Shown piece after piece: positions 26,840 to 36,041 of a DNA stretch of 64,000 nucleotides. Source of the DNA: an uncultured virus (IMG/VR IMGVR_UViG_649633094_000002) (lineage: Duplodnaviria; Heunggongvirae; Uroviricota; Caudoviricetes); the IMG/VR virus record IMGVR_UViG_649633094_000002, one strand, 5' to 3'. The notes under the pieces are model-generated. The model saw only the letters and a list, made by a program, of their open reading frames with translations, was not told the origin of the DNA and did no database searches. Position 1 is the stretch's first letter, and the number at the start of each line of letters is the position of its first letter. The position numbers and the translations under genes were made by a program.

Positions 26840-29800
26840 TCATCTCCTATTCGATTTTGTAGGTGTACTAACATTTGTTGGCGGATTTAACACTGTGACC
26901 TTCGGCTTGTAGTTCGGCATATCCGCTACCTCCTCGACTACCGACGGGATAGCGTCATCACCCTTGCCGCTGCTGAGTGCCTCATTCACTACATCGAGCC
27001 TTGCCAGCTTTTCGGCAAGTTCATCGGCTCTGTCAAAGGGCTTTGTCAAGTTCTCTTTTGCTTCGGCAAGGTTAGCCTTAGCCTTTTCAATGTCATTCTT
27101 ATACTGCACAATACGTTTTGCTATCTCGTTCGCCGCAAGGTTTTCTATACGGCGCATATTGCCCTGTTTGTTCTCAAGATTGACATCACAGGTATATTTC
27201 AACGAACCGCAAAGAGATATGACGCACGGTGCGCCCTGGTCGAAGAAAGTTAGATTTTGCGGGTTCTTTTCAAGCAGAAGATCGAAGCCGAAATAGCTGC
27301 CGACTCTCATGCTTTCTCCCGTAGTTGAAACCTTGATGATAGCCTTTTCAAGAGCTTCTCCGGCTTCATCACGAACGTGTTCACTTGTCGCTTCGGAATA
27401 AACCTTTCCGTCAATTTCTATCTGGAAAGCGGTTCCATCGGGATGATTTACGCTAAACTGTGCTATGTCGGCAGAAGCCTTTTCAAGATAAGTAGAATAC
27501 TGTTCGATACGCTGCGGCAAAGTGCGCTCCGCCTGCTCCTGATACCGATACAACGATTTCTTGTACTCCGCTTCAAGCATTTTGAGCGTTGCAACATCGT
27601 TGTCAAGCTGAATTTTCTCCTTTATCATGGGATTGCCCGAAGCGATAGCCTGCATTTCGGAGTATGTCAGCACCATCTCGTCAACGTCCTCGGATACACG
27701 AACAGGGTCTTTTGAGGTCATTATCTGATTTATGAACTTCGCCTTGTTGGTAATAATGCCCATCATGTAGGCATCGAACGTATTTTCGGTTAAATAATGA
27801 TAGATACCGACCTCCTTGAACATATTGCCCTGACGTACTCCACGACCGTCCTGCTGAGTAAGATCCGCAGGCTTCCACGGAATATCCAAGTGGTGAATAG
27901 CGCATATCCTGTCCTGAATATTTGCACCCGTGCCGAGTTTCGAGGTCGAAGCCAATATGAAACGCTTTTCGCCCTGCCGCAGCTGCTCGAACATTTCTGC
28001 TCTTGCTTTGTCGTTCTTTGCATCGCCCGCAAAACAAATCTCATCACGGGGAATGCCGCGCTTTACAAGATCGTCCTTTATAGCTTCATAAATTGAGAAA
28101 TGCTCTGCGTCCTCGTTGATAGCTATATCACAAAAGACTATCTGAACGCCCCTCTCCGCCATTGTGTTGTTATAATTCTCCACCAAAATATCCAACAGCT
28201 TATTCACCTTGCTGTCAGGTGCCGGAACTGCTTCCGGGTTCATACAGCGGCAGTCAAGACCTAAAAGACGTGCTTCGTGCGTGATGCGGAGCATATTATC
28301 CTCACGGGGATCCACGCCGCCGCAGTGTATCATTTCGGCTCGCTGTGCAAGCTGTTCCATGTACTCCTTTTGATACTCGTCGGGTTTCGCAGAAATAACG
28401 ATAGGCTTTCCGGTTTTAAGATCGGGTACAGGCAGCTTTATCATGTCGGGGGTCTGAATATCTGCAAATTCTTTGTACATCAACATCAATTCGGGGATAT
28501 TCACAAACTTTGAAAAACGGTTTTTCATCTGAAATCCGTTGCCCGCAGGCTTGATCTCCAACTGCGATACGACCTCACCGAATGTTGATGCCCAGTCATC
28601 GAATGTTTCAAGACCTGCCTTTTCTAAGAGATCGGGACGCAGGTATCTTTGCATAACATAGAACTCGACCATACTGTTCGTGCAAGGTGTTCCCGTGGCG
28701 TACAAAATGTTGTTACAGCCGTACTTGTCGTTCAGATACTGCGTTTTCATCAACATATCCTCCGACTTCTGCGCGGCAGTCGTCTGAACGCCTGCAACAT
28801 TCGACATTTTTGTTGCGACAAAGCAGTTTTTGTAGTAATGCGCCTCATCGCAGACAAGATAATCGAAACCGAGCTTTTCAAAACACAGGCTGTTATCCTT
28901 TTTAGATGACATCAGCTTTTCAAGATGCTCCTCCAGCTTCTTTTTCTGACGCTCCAGTGCCTTAACGGAAATTCTGTCAGAACTATCCACTTCTTCAAGC
29001 GCAGCCATCAGTTCATCAAGCTCGCGCTCCATAAACTGCTGCCGGTACTCGGTGGACATAGGTATTCTTTCAAACTGATTGAACGACATAATGACAGCAT
29101 CATAGTCGCCCGTGACACACCTTGCAATAAACCGCTGTCGGTTTTCCTTTGTGAAATCCTCGGGTCGGGCAACAAGCAGTTTTGCGTTAGGATACAAACG
29201 TATCCATTCGCTCGCCATCTGTAAAGTCAAGTGCTTCGGCACTACCACGCAGGCTTTTGAGATAAGACCAAGCCTTTTCTTTTCCATAGTGATAGCGACC
29301 ATTTCAAAGCTCTTTCCGGCACCAACACAGTGAGCCAAAAGCGTATTGCCGCCCAGCTTACCACGCATAATAGCATTGTTCTGATGCGGACGCATCTGTA
29401 TCGCGGGGTTCTTTCCGGGGTAGGTCTGATGTGAACCATCATACTCTCTGCCCCTGATAGCGTTGAAAAGATTATTGTATCGCTCAACATATTTTTCACG
29501 CCTATCCATATTCTCCCAAAGCCAAGTTCTGAACGCTTCCTTGATGACACGAGCCTTGTCCTTTGCAAGCTGTGTTTCCTTCGCATTGATCTCATACCAG
29601 ACTCGCCCGTCCTCCTCTCGCTTATCACGGACAACAATATCGCGCTGATTGAGCAAGTTCTCCAGAATATGATAACTGCTCATACGGCTTGTACCGTAAG
29701 TCTGCGTTGCCGCTACCGACCTGTCCTGATACCTGCCGTCGATCTTGTATTCGCCCATTCGGGTTCGGGTGATCGGGTGCGAATAAATATCTCCTTTGAG

Positions 29801-32800
29801 GACCTCCCGCATAAAACGGTTATAGTCCTCAACATCGACCCAGTTTGCACCGATCCTTACGGATATTTCCGACGCTTCGAGGTCTTTTGGAACAACCGCT
29901 TTCAGGGCTTCTACATTACGCTCAAAGCTGCTGTCGATATGCTTTGAATATTCCTCGGCAATCCTCAGCTTTTCACGGACGTTACCCGAAAGATACTCGC
30001 TTGCGTCTTCGTATCCCGAAAGAGGATCATTGTCCTTTACCTTTTGAGGATTTCTGTAAATATCCGTTCCAAGTTCCGAAATTATCTCGTCAGGCTCAAC
30101 GCCTACAAGTTCAGCCATAAATGCAATATCCACTTTACCCTTTCGGTCAATGGATATTTGCAATGCCTCCTGCGGTGTTTCGCACGATACGATTTCCACC
30201 TCCGGCATTATCGTGCGCTTTGAAAATATCTCCGCTTTCTCCACCGTCTTTTTCTCGGTGTCCACTATTTCAAGAGCCGCCAAAGTATTGTAATCATCAT
30301 CATGCTGAAATACTCTTTCGTTGGCACGGTCTGTAATTGCTCCGTATGCTCTCTTGAAGCGGTCATAGGTATAGTTGAGTTCCGCTTGCAGCTTTTTCAG
30401 TTCAGCATCATCGCAGCCCCTTGCCTGTGCATCAATTACCGCCATAGCCTTTTGACGTATCTGGTGCATACCCATCATTCTGTCGAGGGTCTTGCCGGTT
30501 TCCTGCACAGCGATCATAATCTCGTTTTCTCTGAAAAACAGCTTGCCGTTGACAACAGTGTGGGTGTAATTTCTTACGGTCGGGTCGGCGGGAATAATTT
30601 CAATATCCTTCTTGCCTTCCTCGACGATTTTCACCGTTTCGATCTTACCCTTGATTTTTGATATAGCCGCCTGTAACTGCTCGGACAGGGGCTTGCTATC
30701 GTCCGGAATACAAGTAGTGACACGGCTGTCATCGCCGTACTTACCCTTCATGCGCTCGTCCCAAGCCATAGTTCCGAGCACCATGTCAGGGTTATCGACA
30801 AAATACTGATTGCAGGGTATGCCGTCCGCTGTTTGTCCGAAATGTACCCATGAGGGTATCTCTACCGTCAGCGTTTCACGCTTCTGGAAGAACAGAATAT
30901 CCGTTGTGGTCTCCGTGCCTGCGTTCTTTTTGAAAGCATTGTTCGGCAGTCGCACTGCGCCTAAAAGGTCACAGCGTTCTGCAAGATGACGGCGAGCTTT
31001 ATCGTTTATCTTGTCCATTGTGAACTTCGATGTTACGATAGCGACCACGCCGCCGGGTTTTACTTTGTCAATGCTCTTTACGGCAAAATAGTCATGTATC
31101 TTCAAGCCGAGTTTGTCATAAGCCTTGTCAGATACCCTATAATCACCGAACGGGACGTTACCAATAACAACGTCAAATGAATTGTTATTAAATCGGGTCT
31201 TTTCAAATCCGGTGATCTGTATTCTGTCCTCGGGGTTCAGAAGCTGTGCTATTCGACCCGAAATGCTGTCCAGCTCCACACCGTACAGCTTAGAACTATC
31301 TCTTATGTCATCGGGCATTTTAGCAAAGAAATTGCCGACACCCATTGACGGTTCAAGGATATTGCCACCCTCGAAGCCGAGCTGTCTGAGAGCCTGAAAT
31401 ACGCCGTCCGTCACTTCCGGGGGCGTGTAAAAGCTTGTAAGCGTTGACTCCCTCGCCGCCTTGTATTCATCATCCGAAAGCAGCGACCGCAGCTCCTGCT
31501 GTTCCTCCTCCCAGCCCGTCGGTGCGGCATCGCCCAGGTTGCCACCGATACTGTCCGCAGCAAGATCGGTCACGAACGCTTGTGGAATACCGCCCCAGCC
31601 GACGTATCCGGCAAGTATAGACTGTTCCTCGGGCGTTGCATAGCGGTTCTCGGCTTCTATCTTTTGAAGCGTTTTTATAGCTTCGATATTTGCCTTGAAT
31701 TTCGATTTTGCGCCACCCTGAACAATATCGCCCTCGTTGAAATGGTAAGTGATAGGTGTGCCGCTTTTAGGAACTACGGGGACAGCGGTTATTCTTTCGG
31801 GCGCATTTACAGCCACCTTTTTTGGCTCTGTTTCTGTCGGTGTTTCTTCTGCTCTTTCTGCCACAGGTGCTTCATCGACCTCGGTGTAGTCAACGTCAAT
31901 AACCTCAGCGGCTTCATTAGGAAGATTTGCGAAAATATCCGCTTTCAGCTGTGCCAGTTCCCGAGGAATATCAAGGCTCACGTCCATATCGACCAGCGCC
32001 ATGAAGTGGTTGTAGTCCTCCACCTCGGCAAGTGCGTTGCTTGTTGTAGCCAGTATCTCCGCCGCAGCGGTCAGCAGGCTCATGCTTTCTTCCATCTCCC
32101 ATACGCCGCCGTCGGTAAGCGTGAGATCGGGGGCATAAACAGAATACGAAATACCCTCATCGGTCTGGTGCAGTTCTATGAATGATTCATCACGAATATC
32201 CATATATACTGCCTGCTCCTGCTCTGCCGCCTGTCCAGTTATCTCGACCGGGATACCCATATCCTGCGCCCGCTGTATGAGCTTTTCTACGGGCTTCTGC
32301 TCAACGGCAGTAACGCCCTCAGCAACGATACCCTGTTCACCAAGAAATTGAAGTGCTTCATGATAACGTCTGCGCTCGTATTCCTTTTCAAAGCTATCGT
32401 AGCTGTCCGGGTCATAGTCCTGAACTATGCGCTTGCAGTCATGAATTTTACTGTCAATATCCTTTTGAGTAATATATTTACCCTCGGATACAAGCCGTGA
32501 AATGCGCTCTACGACTTCATTCCACTTCATAAGGGTCTTAGCGTCCGGTGTGCCTATTTTTTCGCCGCGCACATAAGCGATACCCTTAGAATCGTGCCAT
32601 TCATCACCTCCGCGCCTCGAACCGCCGCCCGTGCCGTACTCATTTTTGAGGAACTTAATCTGCTCGGGCAGGGTGTGAGACTCCTTGAAGTATTTTTGTA
32701 TCCTGAACTTACCGTCCGAATAGCCACTGCCAAGTCCAAGCAGAGCGTCTTTCTCTCTTTCGGAAATGAAATAGTGACCCTTGAAAGCAAAATCGGGTTT

Positions 32801-35650
32801 TGTGACAAACTGCCTGCGCTCTATTTGTAAGTCTTTCAGACGATACAAAAGTTCTTTCGGCTTATGGAAGTGGAAACGCAGAATATCCCTGTTTTGCTCA
32901 TAATCGTTCACAAGCTGTGTAAGCCCGTCTATGTATGATTGCAGGGTATCCTTGTCCAGCAGTGCGATTTTTATTCTCTCGGTGCTTTCAGGGAAACCGC
33001 CCTTGAACATATCTTTCGGAATAAAATACTCGTAATTGTCGTAATCAATATCCTGATGCAGATACCAAAGCCTGTCGGCTATATCCTTTATCTCCTTTTC
33101 GGCTGCACCGTCAATAATATCCTGCGAACAGAACTCGCCGTTTTCAAGAAGATCATTTATACGCCTTGCGGCTATGAGCCAGGGTATCTTTGAGTTCGGG
33201 ATACCGTTTTCATCAACATTATCCCCAAGAGTTATCTTAATTCCGAAATCATCGAACCACGATGATATATGTGCTGTCTTTGAAAAATCGGGCGTATTGT
33301 AGATATATCCGCGCCCATCATTACCGAACTCCTTACGCAAAAATTCGGAGTTTTCCTCGTCCGTCTTTCCCTTTTGGAACTGTGCCACTATCCTTGAAAG
33401 CGATCCACGCTCAGGACTGCCGCAGCGAAGAACATAATATATCATGTCATTGCTTATAGCCCTGATCGACGTGTCAACATTGAGCAATTTCTTCGGTTCT
33501 TTTTCCTGCGACTTCTTCTTGGCAGTCTTTACTGGCTCCGGCTCCCCGAAGAACGAAAGCTGCTCCGCACCTTCGTTATCATCTCTGTCAAAATCATTGA
33601 CGGGCGCAGGAGTATCTATATCTTCATCGGATATTTCTTCCTCTGTTTCGTCCTCAGCTTCAAATTCCTCTGTCAGTTCCTCGAAATCGTCAATATCTTC
33701 CTCGGGCTCGGGATATTTCTTTTCTTCGGTCGGCTCTGCAAAAATCGGCTCATCTATCTCCGATACAGCGGTATTAATCAGCAGCCCGCGCTCAACCATA
33801 TCAGCATAAAAGCTCTGTACCAGATCCCAGCTAAAGCCTGACTCCATAGTGCGGGTGAGAAAACTGCCTTTCCAGATGTGGATACCCTCGTCATACGTCT
33901 TGTAGCCATAGCGAGTATCTTCGTTATCGCCCAGTAACAGTTCCGAGTAGTCGGAATTGAATATCTGCTTAACAAAAGCCACACGCTCATCATGGTCGGT
34001 GTTGTTCTCGAAAAATGCCGCTATCTGATCTCTTTTTATAGCAAAGAACTGGTCATTCCGCAGTATCCCGAAGATTATATTTTCATCGGTAATGGGCGGC
34101 AATTCAGTTGTAATAACAGCTTCGTTCTTGACGATAACTGTATCGTCCTGCGGTTGATTATCGATTATGCTTTCGACTTCTTCCTCAGTCGGTTCGGATA
34201 AATCTACTTCGGGAACTTCCTCCGGAGGGGTTATATCCTCGACTATCTCTGTCGGGAATACCGGCTCCATATTGGTCGGTATCTCTATGCCCGCATAAGG
34301 ACTTGTAGCAGGCTCGGCAACCGTCACTTCGGGCGGCTGCTCTGTTTTGACCTGCTCCTGCTCACGCATACGGAGTGCGTTTTCAATGAGGAGAATTATC
34401 TCCGCCTGCTGTCTTTCGGAATACTTGTATGCTTCGTGTTTCCTGAAAAACTCTACAATATTTACATCGGTATCAAGGAAATCCGCAAGAAAACGCCCTG
34501 CTATTTCATAGCTATCAGGGCGGCGGTTGAAGTCGCTCTGAAGATAACGCTGGATAAGGGCATCGGCTGTCAGCTTCTCAGCTGATACACTATCTCCTCC
34601 ATTATCCGGTGTTCTATCGTCAGAAGTCTTGTTTTCTCCCACGCCTGCATTTCGCTGAATGTCACGGGGCGAGGGTTCTCTTTTCGGTAGAGTGCGTCCA
34701 GCTCTTTGAAGCGGCTCTCTGCCAGTCTGTCTATCTCCCTCGGAATTATGTTCCACCTGCCCGTTACTATCAGCACCGTCACCTCGGTCGGGTACTCCGT
34801 GCGCACCCAATCCTGCCACATTCTGCCCCACCTGCCTATCGGGGTTTTCAGCAGTTCTATCTCCTGCGGATTGCCGCTGTATGCTACCTCTGCTAACATC
34901 TGTCCGGTCGGGCTTTGTCTGTAATTCATGCTCTTTTTCTCTCCTTCGTCTTAAAATCTGTATGACCTCGCGCTCTATTTCAAGCAGGCTGTCCTTAGCC
35001 GACCTCTGCACCAAATCGCAGAAGCGGATAACGTCACGGGTGTCCTTGAAATAATCAGCGGCATTGAGGTTTATGTTCCCCGAAAGCGGCATACCGCCGT
35101 TCTGCTCGCAGCGATTTGCAATTACGAAGCGAACTGCCGACACGACAGAACGCTGATAATCTGCAACAGCTTCCTGCGGCATATCTATCTGCGAAATAGT
35201 GTACTGCATTTCCGAGTTATGAGCCTTGATGTTATCCACGGCAACAGCGGCAAGAGCTTCATGAATATCTCTGCACTCCCTGCCGTATTTTTCCGAGATA
35301 ACATCAACAAGCTCTCCTGCTACATCTTCTGTCAACTGCCAGCCGTTCGGAACAGGCTTGCCGTTAGTCTGTGAGATGTCAAACAGGTGTCTGCACCTAT
35401 CACCCTCGCCGAATACTGCAATACTGTGTGCGCCCCTGTTTACAAATCTGCCGAGCTTGTTCCATGTTTCAAGCTCCGCGACTTTTGTGGCGTTAGGGTC
35501 ATGGTAGAACACAAGTGCCGCGTCGGGAAATCCCATCTTATAGAGAGAAGCCGAAAAACGCAGGAAACGAGCTAAAGTCTGCTTGTCCCGTCTTAGCCTT
35601 TCGGTCACTTCCGACCAGTTGTAGCATACGCTTTGATACCGATTATTCAA
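26840..35650 (-). CDS. Giant DNA methylase / SNF2-type helicase fusion (DarB-like), 2936 aa
   Basis: ILEPSMGVGNF SAM-binding motif, IGNVPF, LLAHCVGAGKS, DEAH, ATGTP, QQDGRGVRQGN; ArdC-like N-terminus; AAAGGAG RBS with TTG start. Confidence 0.92.
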   Translation of the reverse strand: MNNRYQSVCYNWSEVTERLRRDKQTLARFLRFSASLYKMGFPDAALVFYHDPNATKVAELETWNKLGRFVNRGAHSIAVFGEGDRCRHLFDISQTNGKPVPNGWQLTEDVAGELVDVISEKYGRECRDIHEALAAVAVDNIKAHNSEMQYTISQIDMPQEAVADYQRSVVSAVRFVIANRCEQNGGMPLSGNINLNAADYFKDTRDVIRFCDLVQRSAKDSLLEIEREVIQILRRRREKEHELQTKPDRTDVSRGSIQRQSAGDRTAENPDRQVGQNVAGLGAHGVPDRGDGADSNGQVEHNSEGDRQTGREPLQRAGRTLPKREPSPRDIQRNAGVGENKTSDDRTPDNGGDSVSAEKLTADALIQRYLQSDFNRRPDSYEIAGRFLADFLDTDVNIVEFFRKHEAYKYSERQQAEIILLIENALRMREQEQVKTEQPPEVTVAEPATSPYAGIEIPTNMEPVFPTEIVEDITPPEEVPEVDLSEPTEEEVESIIDNQPQDDTVIVKNEAVITTELPPITDENIIFGILRNDQFFAIKRDQIAAFFENNTDHDERVAFVKQIFNSDYSELLLGDNEDTRYGYKTYDEGIHIWKGSFLTRTMESGFSWDLVQSFYADMVERGLLINTAVSEIDEPIFAEPTEEKKYPEPEEDIDDFEELTEEFEAEDETEEEISDEDIDTPAPVNDFDRDDNEGAEQLSFFGEPEPVKTAKKKSQEKEPKKLLNVDTSIRAISNDMIYYVLRCGSPERGSLSRIVAQFQKGKTDEENSEFLRKEFGNDGRGYIYNTPDFSKTAHISSWFDDFGIKITLGDNVDENGIPNSKIPWLIAARRINDLLENGEFCSQDIIDGAAEKEIKDIADRLWYLHQDIDYDNYEYFIPKDMFKGGFPESTERIKIALLDKDTLQSYIDGLTQLVNDYEQNRDILRFHFHKPKELLYRLKDLQIERRQFVTKPDFAFKGHYFISEREKDALLGLGSGYSDGKFRIQKYFKESHTLPEQIKFLKNEYGTGGGSRRGGDEWHDSKGIAYVRGEKIGTPDAKTLMKWNEVVERISRLVSEGKYITQKDIDSKIHDCKRIVQDYDPDSYDSFEKEYERRRYHEALQFLGEQGIVAEGVTAVEQKPVEKLIQRAQDMGIPVEITGQAAEQEQAVYMDIRDESFIELHQTDEGISYSVYAPDLTLTDGGVWEMEESMSLLTAAAEILATTSNALAEVEDYNHFMALVDMDVSLDIPRELAQLKADIFANLPNEAAEVIDVDYTEVDEAPVAERAEETPTETEPKKVAVNAPERITAVPVVPKSGTPITYHFNEGDIVQGGAKSKFKANIEAIKTLQKIEAENRYATPEEQSILAGYVGWGGIPQAFVTDLAADSIGGNLGDAAPTGWEEEQQELRSLLSDDEYKAARESTLTSFYTPPEVTDGVFQALRQLGFEGGNILEPSMGVGNFFAKMPDDIRDSSKLYGVELDSISGRIAQLLNPEDRIQITGFEKTRFNNNSFDVVIGNVPFGDYRVSDKAYDKLGLKIHDYFAVKSIDKVKPGGVVAIVTSKFTMDKINDKARRHLAERCDLLGAVRLPNNAFKKNAGTETTTDILFFQKRETLTVEIPSWVHFGQTADGIPCNQYFVDNPDMVLGTMAWDERMKGKYGDDSRVTTCIPDDSKPLSEQLQAAISKIKGKIETVKIVEEGKKDIEIIPADPTVRNYTHTVVNGKLFFRENEIMIAVQETGKTLDRMMGMHQIRQKAMAVIDAQARGCDDAELKKLQAELNYTYDRFKRAYGAITDRANERVFQHDDDYNTLAALEIVDTEKKTVEKAEIFSKRTIMPEVEIVSCETPQEALQISIDRKGKVDIAFMAELVGVEPDEIISELGTDIYRNPQKVKDNDPLSGYEDASEYLSGNVREKLRIAEEYSKHIDSSFERNVEALKAVVPKDLEASEISVRIGANWVDVEDYNRFMREVLKGDIYSHPITRTRMGEYKIDGRYQDRSVAATQTYGTSRMSSYHILENLLNQRDIVVRDKREEDGRVWYEINAKETQLAKDKARVIKEAFRTWLWENMDRREKYVERYNNLFNAIRGREYDGSHQTYPGKNPAIQMRPHQNNAIMRGKLGGNTLLAHCVGAGKSFEMVAITMEKKRLGLISKACVVVPKHLTLQMASEWIRLYPNAKLLVARPEDFTKENRQRFIARCVTGDYDAVIMSFNQFERIPMSTEYRQQFMERELDELMAALEEVDSSDRISVKALERQKKKLEEHLEKLMSSKKDNSLCFEKLGFDYLVCDEAHYYKNCFVATKMSNVAGVQTTAAQKSEDMLMKTQYLNDKYGCNNILYATGTPCTNSMVEFYVMQRYLRPDLLEKAGLETFDDWASTFGEVVSQLEIKPAGNGFQMKNRFSKFVNIPELMLMYKEFADIQTPDMIKLPVPDLKTGKPIVISAKPDEYQKEYMEQLAQRAEMIHCGGVDPREDNMLRITHEARLLGLDCRCMNPEAVPAPDSKVNKLLDILVENYNNTMAERGVQIVFCDIAINEDAEHFSIYEAIKDDLVKRGIPRDEICFAGDAKNDKARAEMFEQLRQGEKRFILASTSKLGTGANIQDRICAIHHLDIPWKPADLTQQDGRGVRQGNMFKEVGIYHYLTENTFDAYMMGIITNKAKFINQIMTSKDPVRVSEDVDEMVLTYSEMQAIASGNPMIKEKIQLDNDVATLKMLEAEYKKSLYRYQEQAERTLPQRIEQYSTYLEKASADIAQFSVNHPDGTAFQIEIDGKVYSEATSEHVRDEAGEALEKAIIKVSTTGESMRVGSYFGFDLLLEKNPQNLTFFDQGAPCVISLCGSLKYTCDVNLENKQGNMRRIENLAANEIAKRIVQYKNDIEKAKANLAEAKENLTKPFDRADELAEKLARLDVVNEALSSGKGDDAIPSVVEEVADMPNYKPKVTVLNPPTNVSTPTKSNRR
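34570..34929 (-). CDS. TnpV-like protein nested in a different frame inside the giant helicase gene
   Basis: PIGRWGRMWQDWVRTEYP...L..TGRW.....EID..A..R...L.......M.AW......EEIVY resembles the TnpV family pattern; AAGGAG upstream of the ATG; 721 nt from the host start, so out of frame. Confidence 0.65.
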   Translation of the reverse strand: MNYRQSPTGQMLAEVAYSGNPQEIELLKTPIGRWGRMWQDWVRTEYPTEVTVLIVTGRWNIIPREIDRLAESRFKELDALYRKENPRPVTFSEMQAWEKTRLLTIEHRIMEEIVYQLRS

Positions 35651-35695
35651 TATTAGTTGTCTCCTTTCTCGCTCCTGCGCTTATATTTCAGTTAA

Positions 35696-35902
35696 TCAGG
35701 AATATATCCTGTCAAAATCGGGAATGTCGGCGCAAGTATCGCTGTCCTCATCGTACATGACACAGCGCTTGCAGCCGCCCGCCATCTCCCCGTCATTCCA
35801 GCCGTCATCGTAGCCACTGTTCTTGCCAAGCTTATAGGCTATAGTGAGCGCAGCCGTGTTTACTGCTATACAAATAAGTGTTTTTATGACATTCTTTCTC
35901 AT
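35696..35902 (-). CDS. Small membrane-anchored protein with CxxC motif
   Basis: GAGGAGG RBS, hydrophobic N-terminus, GYDDGWNDG, CKRC. Confidence 0.7.
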   Translation of the reverse strand: MRKNVIKTLICIAVNTAALTIAYKLGKNSGYDDGWNDGEMAGGCKRCVMYDEDSDTCADIPDFDRIYS

Positions 35903-35975
35903 AATATCGTCCTCCTCGAATTTTTGGTTCCCTGTATGATTTTATTATTTTCGCTGTATGATTTCCGAATACCTA

Positions 35976-36004
35976 TTGACTTAAAAAGCCTGATGAGGTA
36001 AAAT
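35976..36004 (+). promoter_or_regulatory. Promoter antisense to topB and the transfer operon
   Basis: TTGACT-17 bp-TAAAAT in an intergenic gap; CTGTATGATTT occurs twice just upstream. Confidence 0.55.
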
Positions 36005-36041
36005 AGATATGTGGGATAACGTACCCGAAGGTACATCATCA

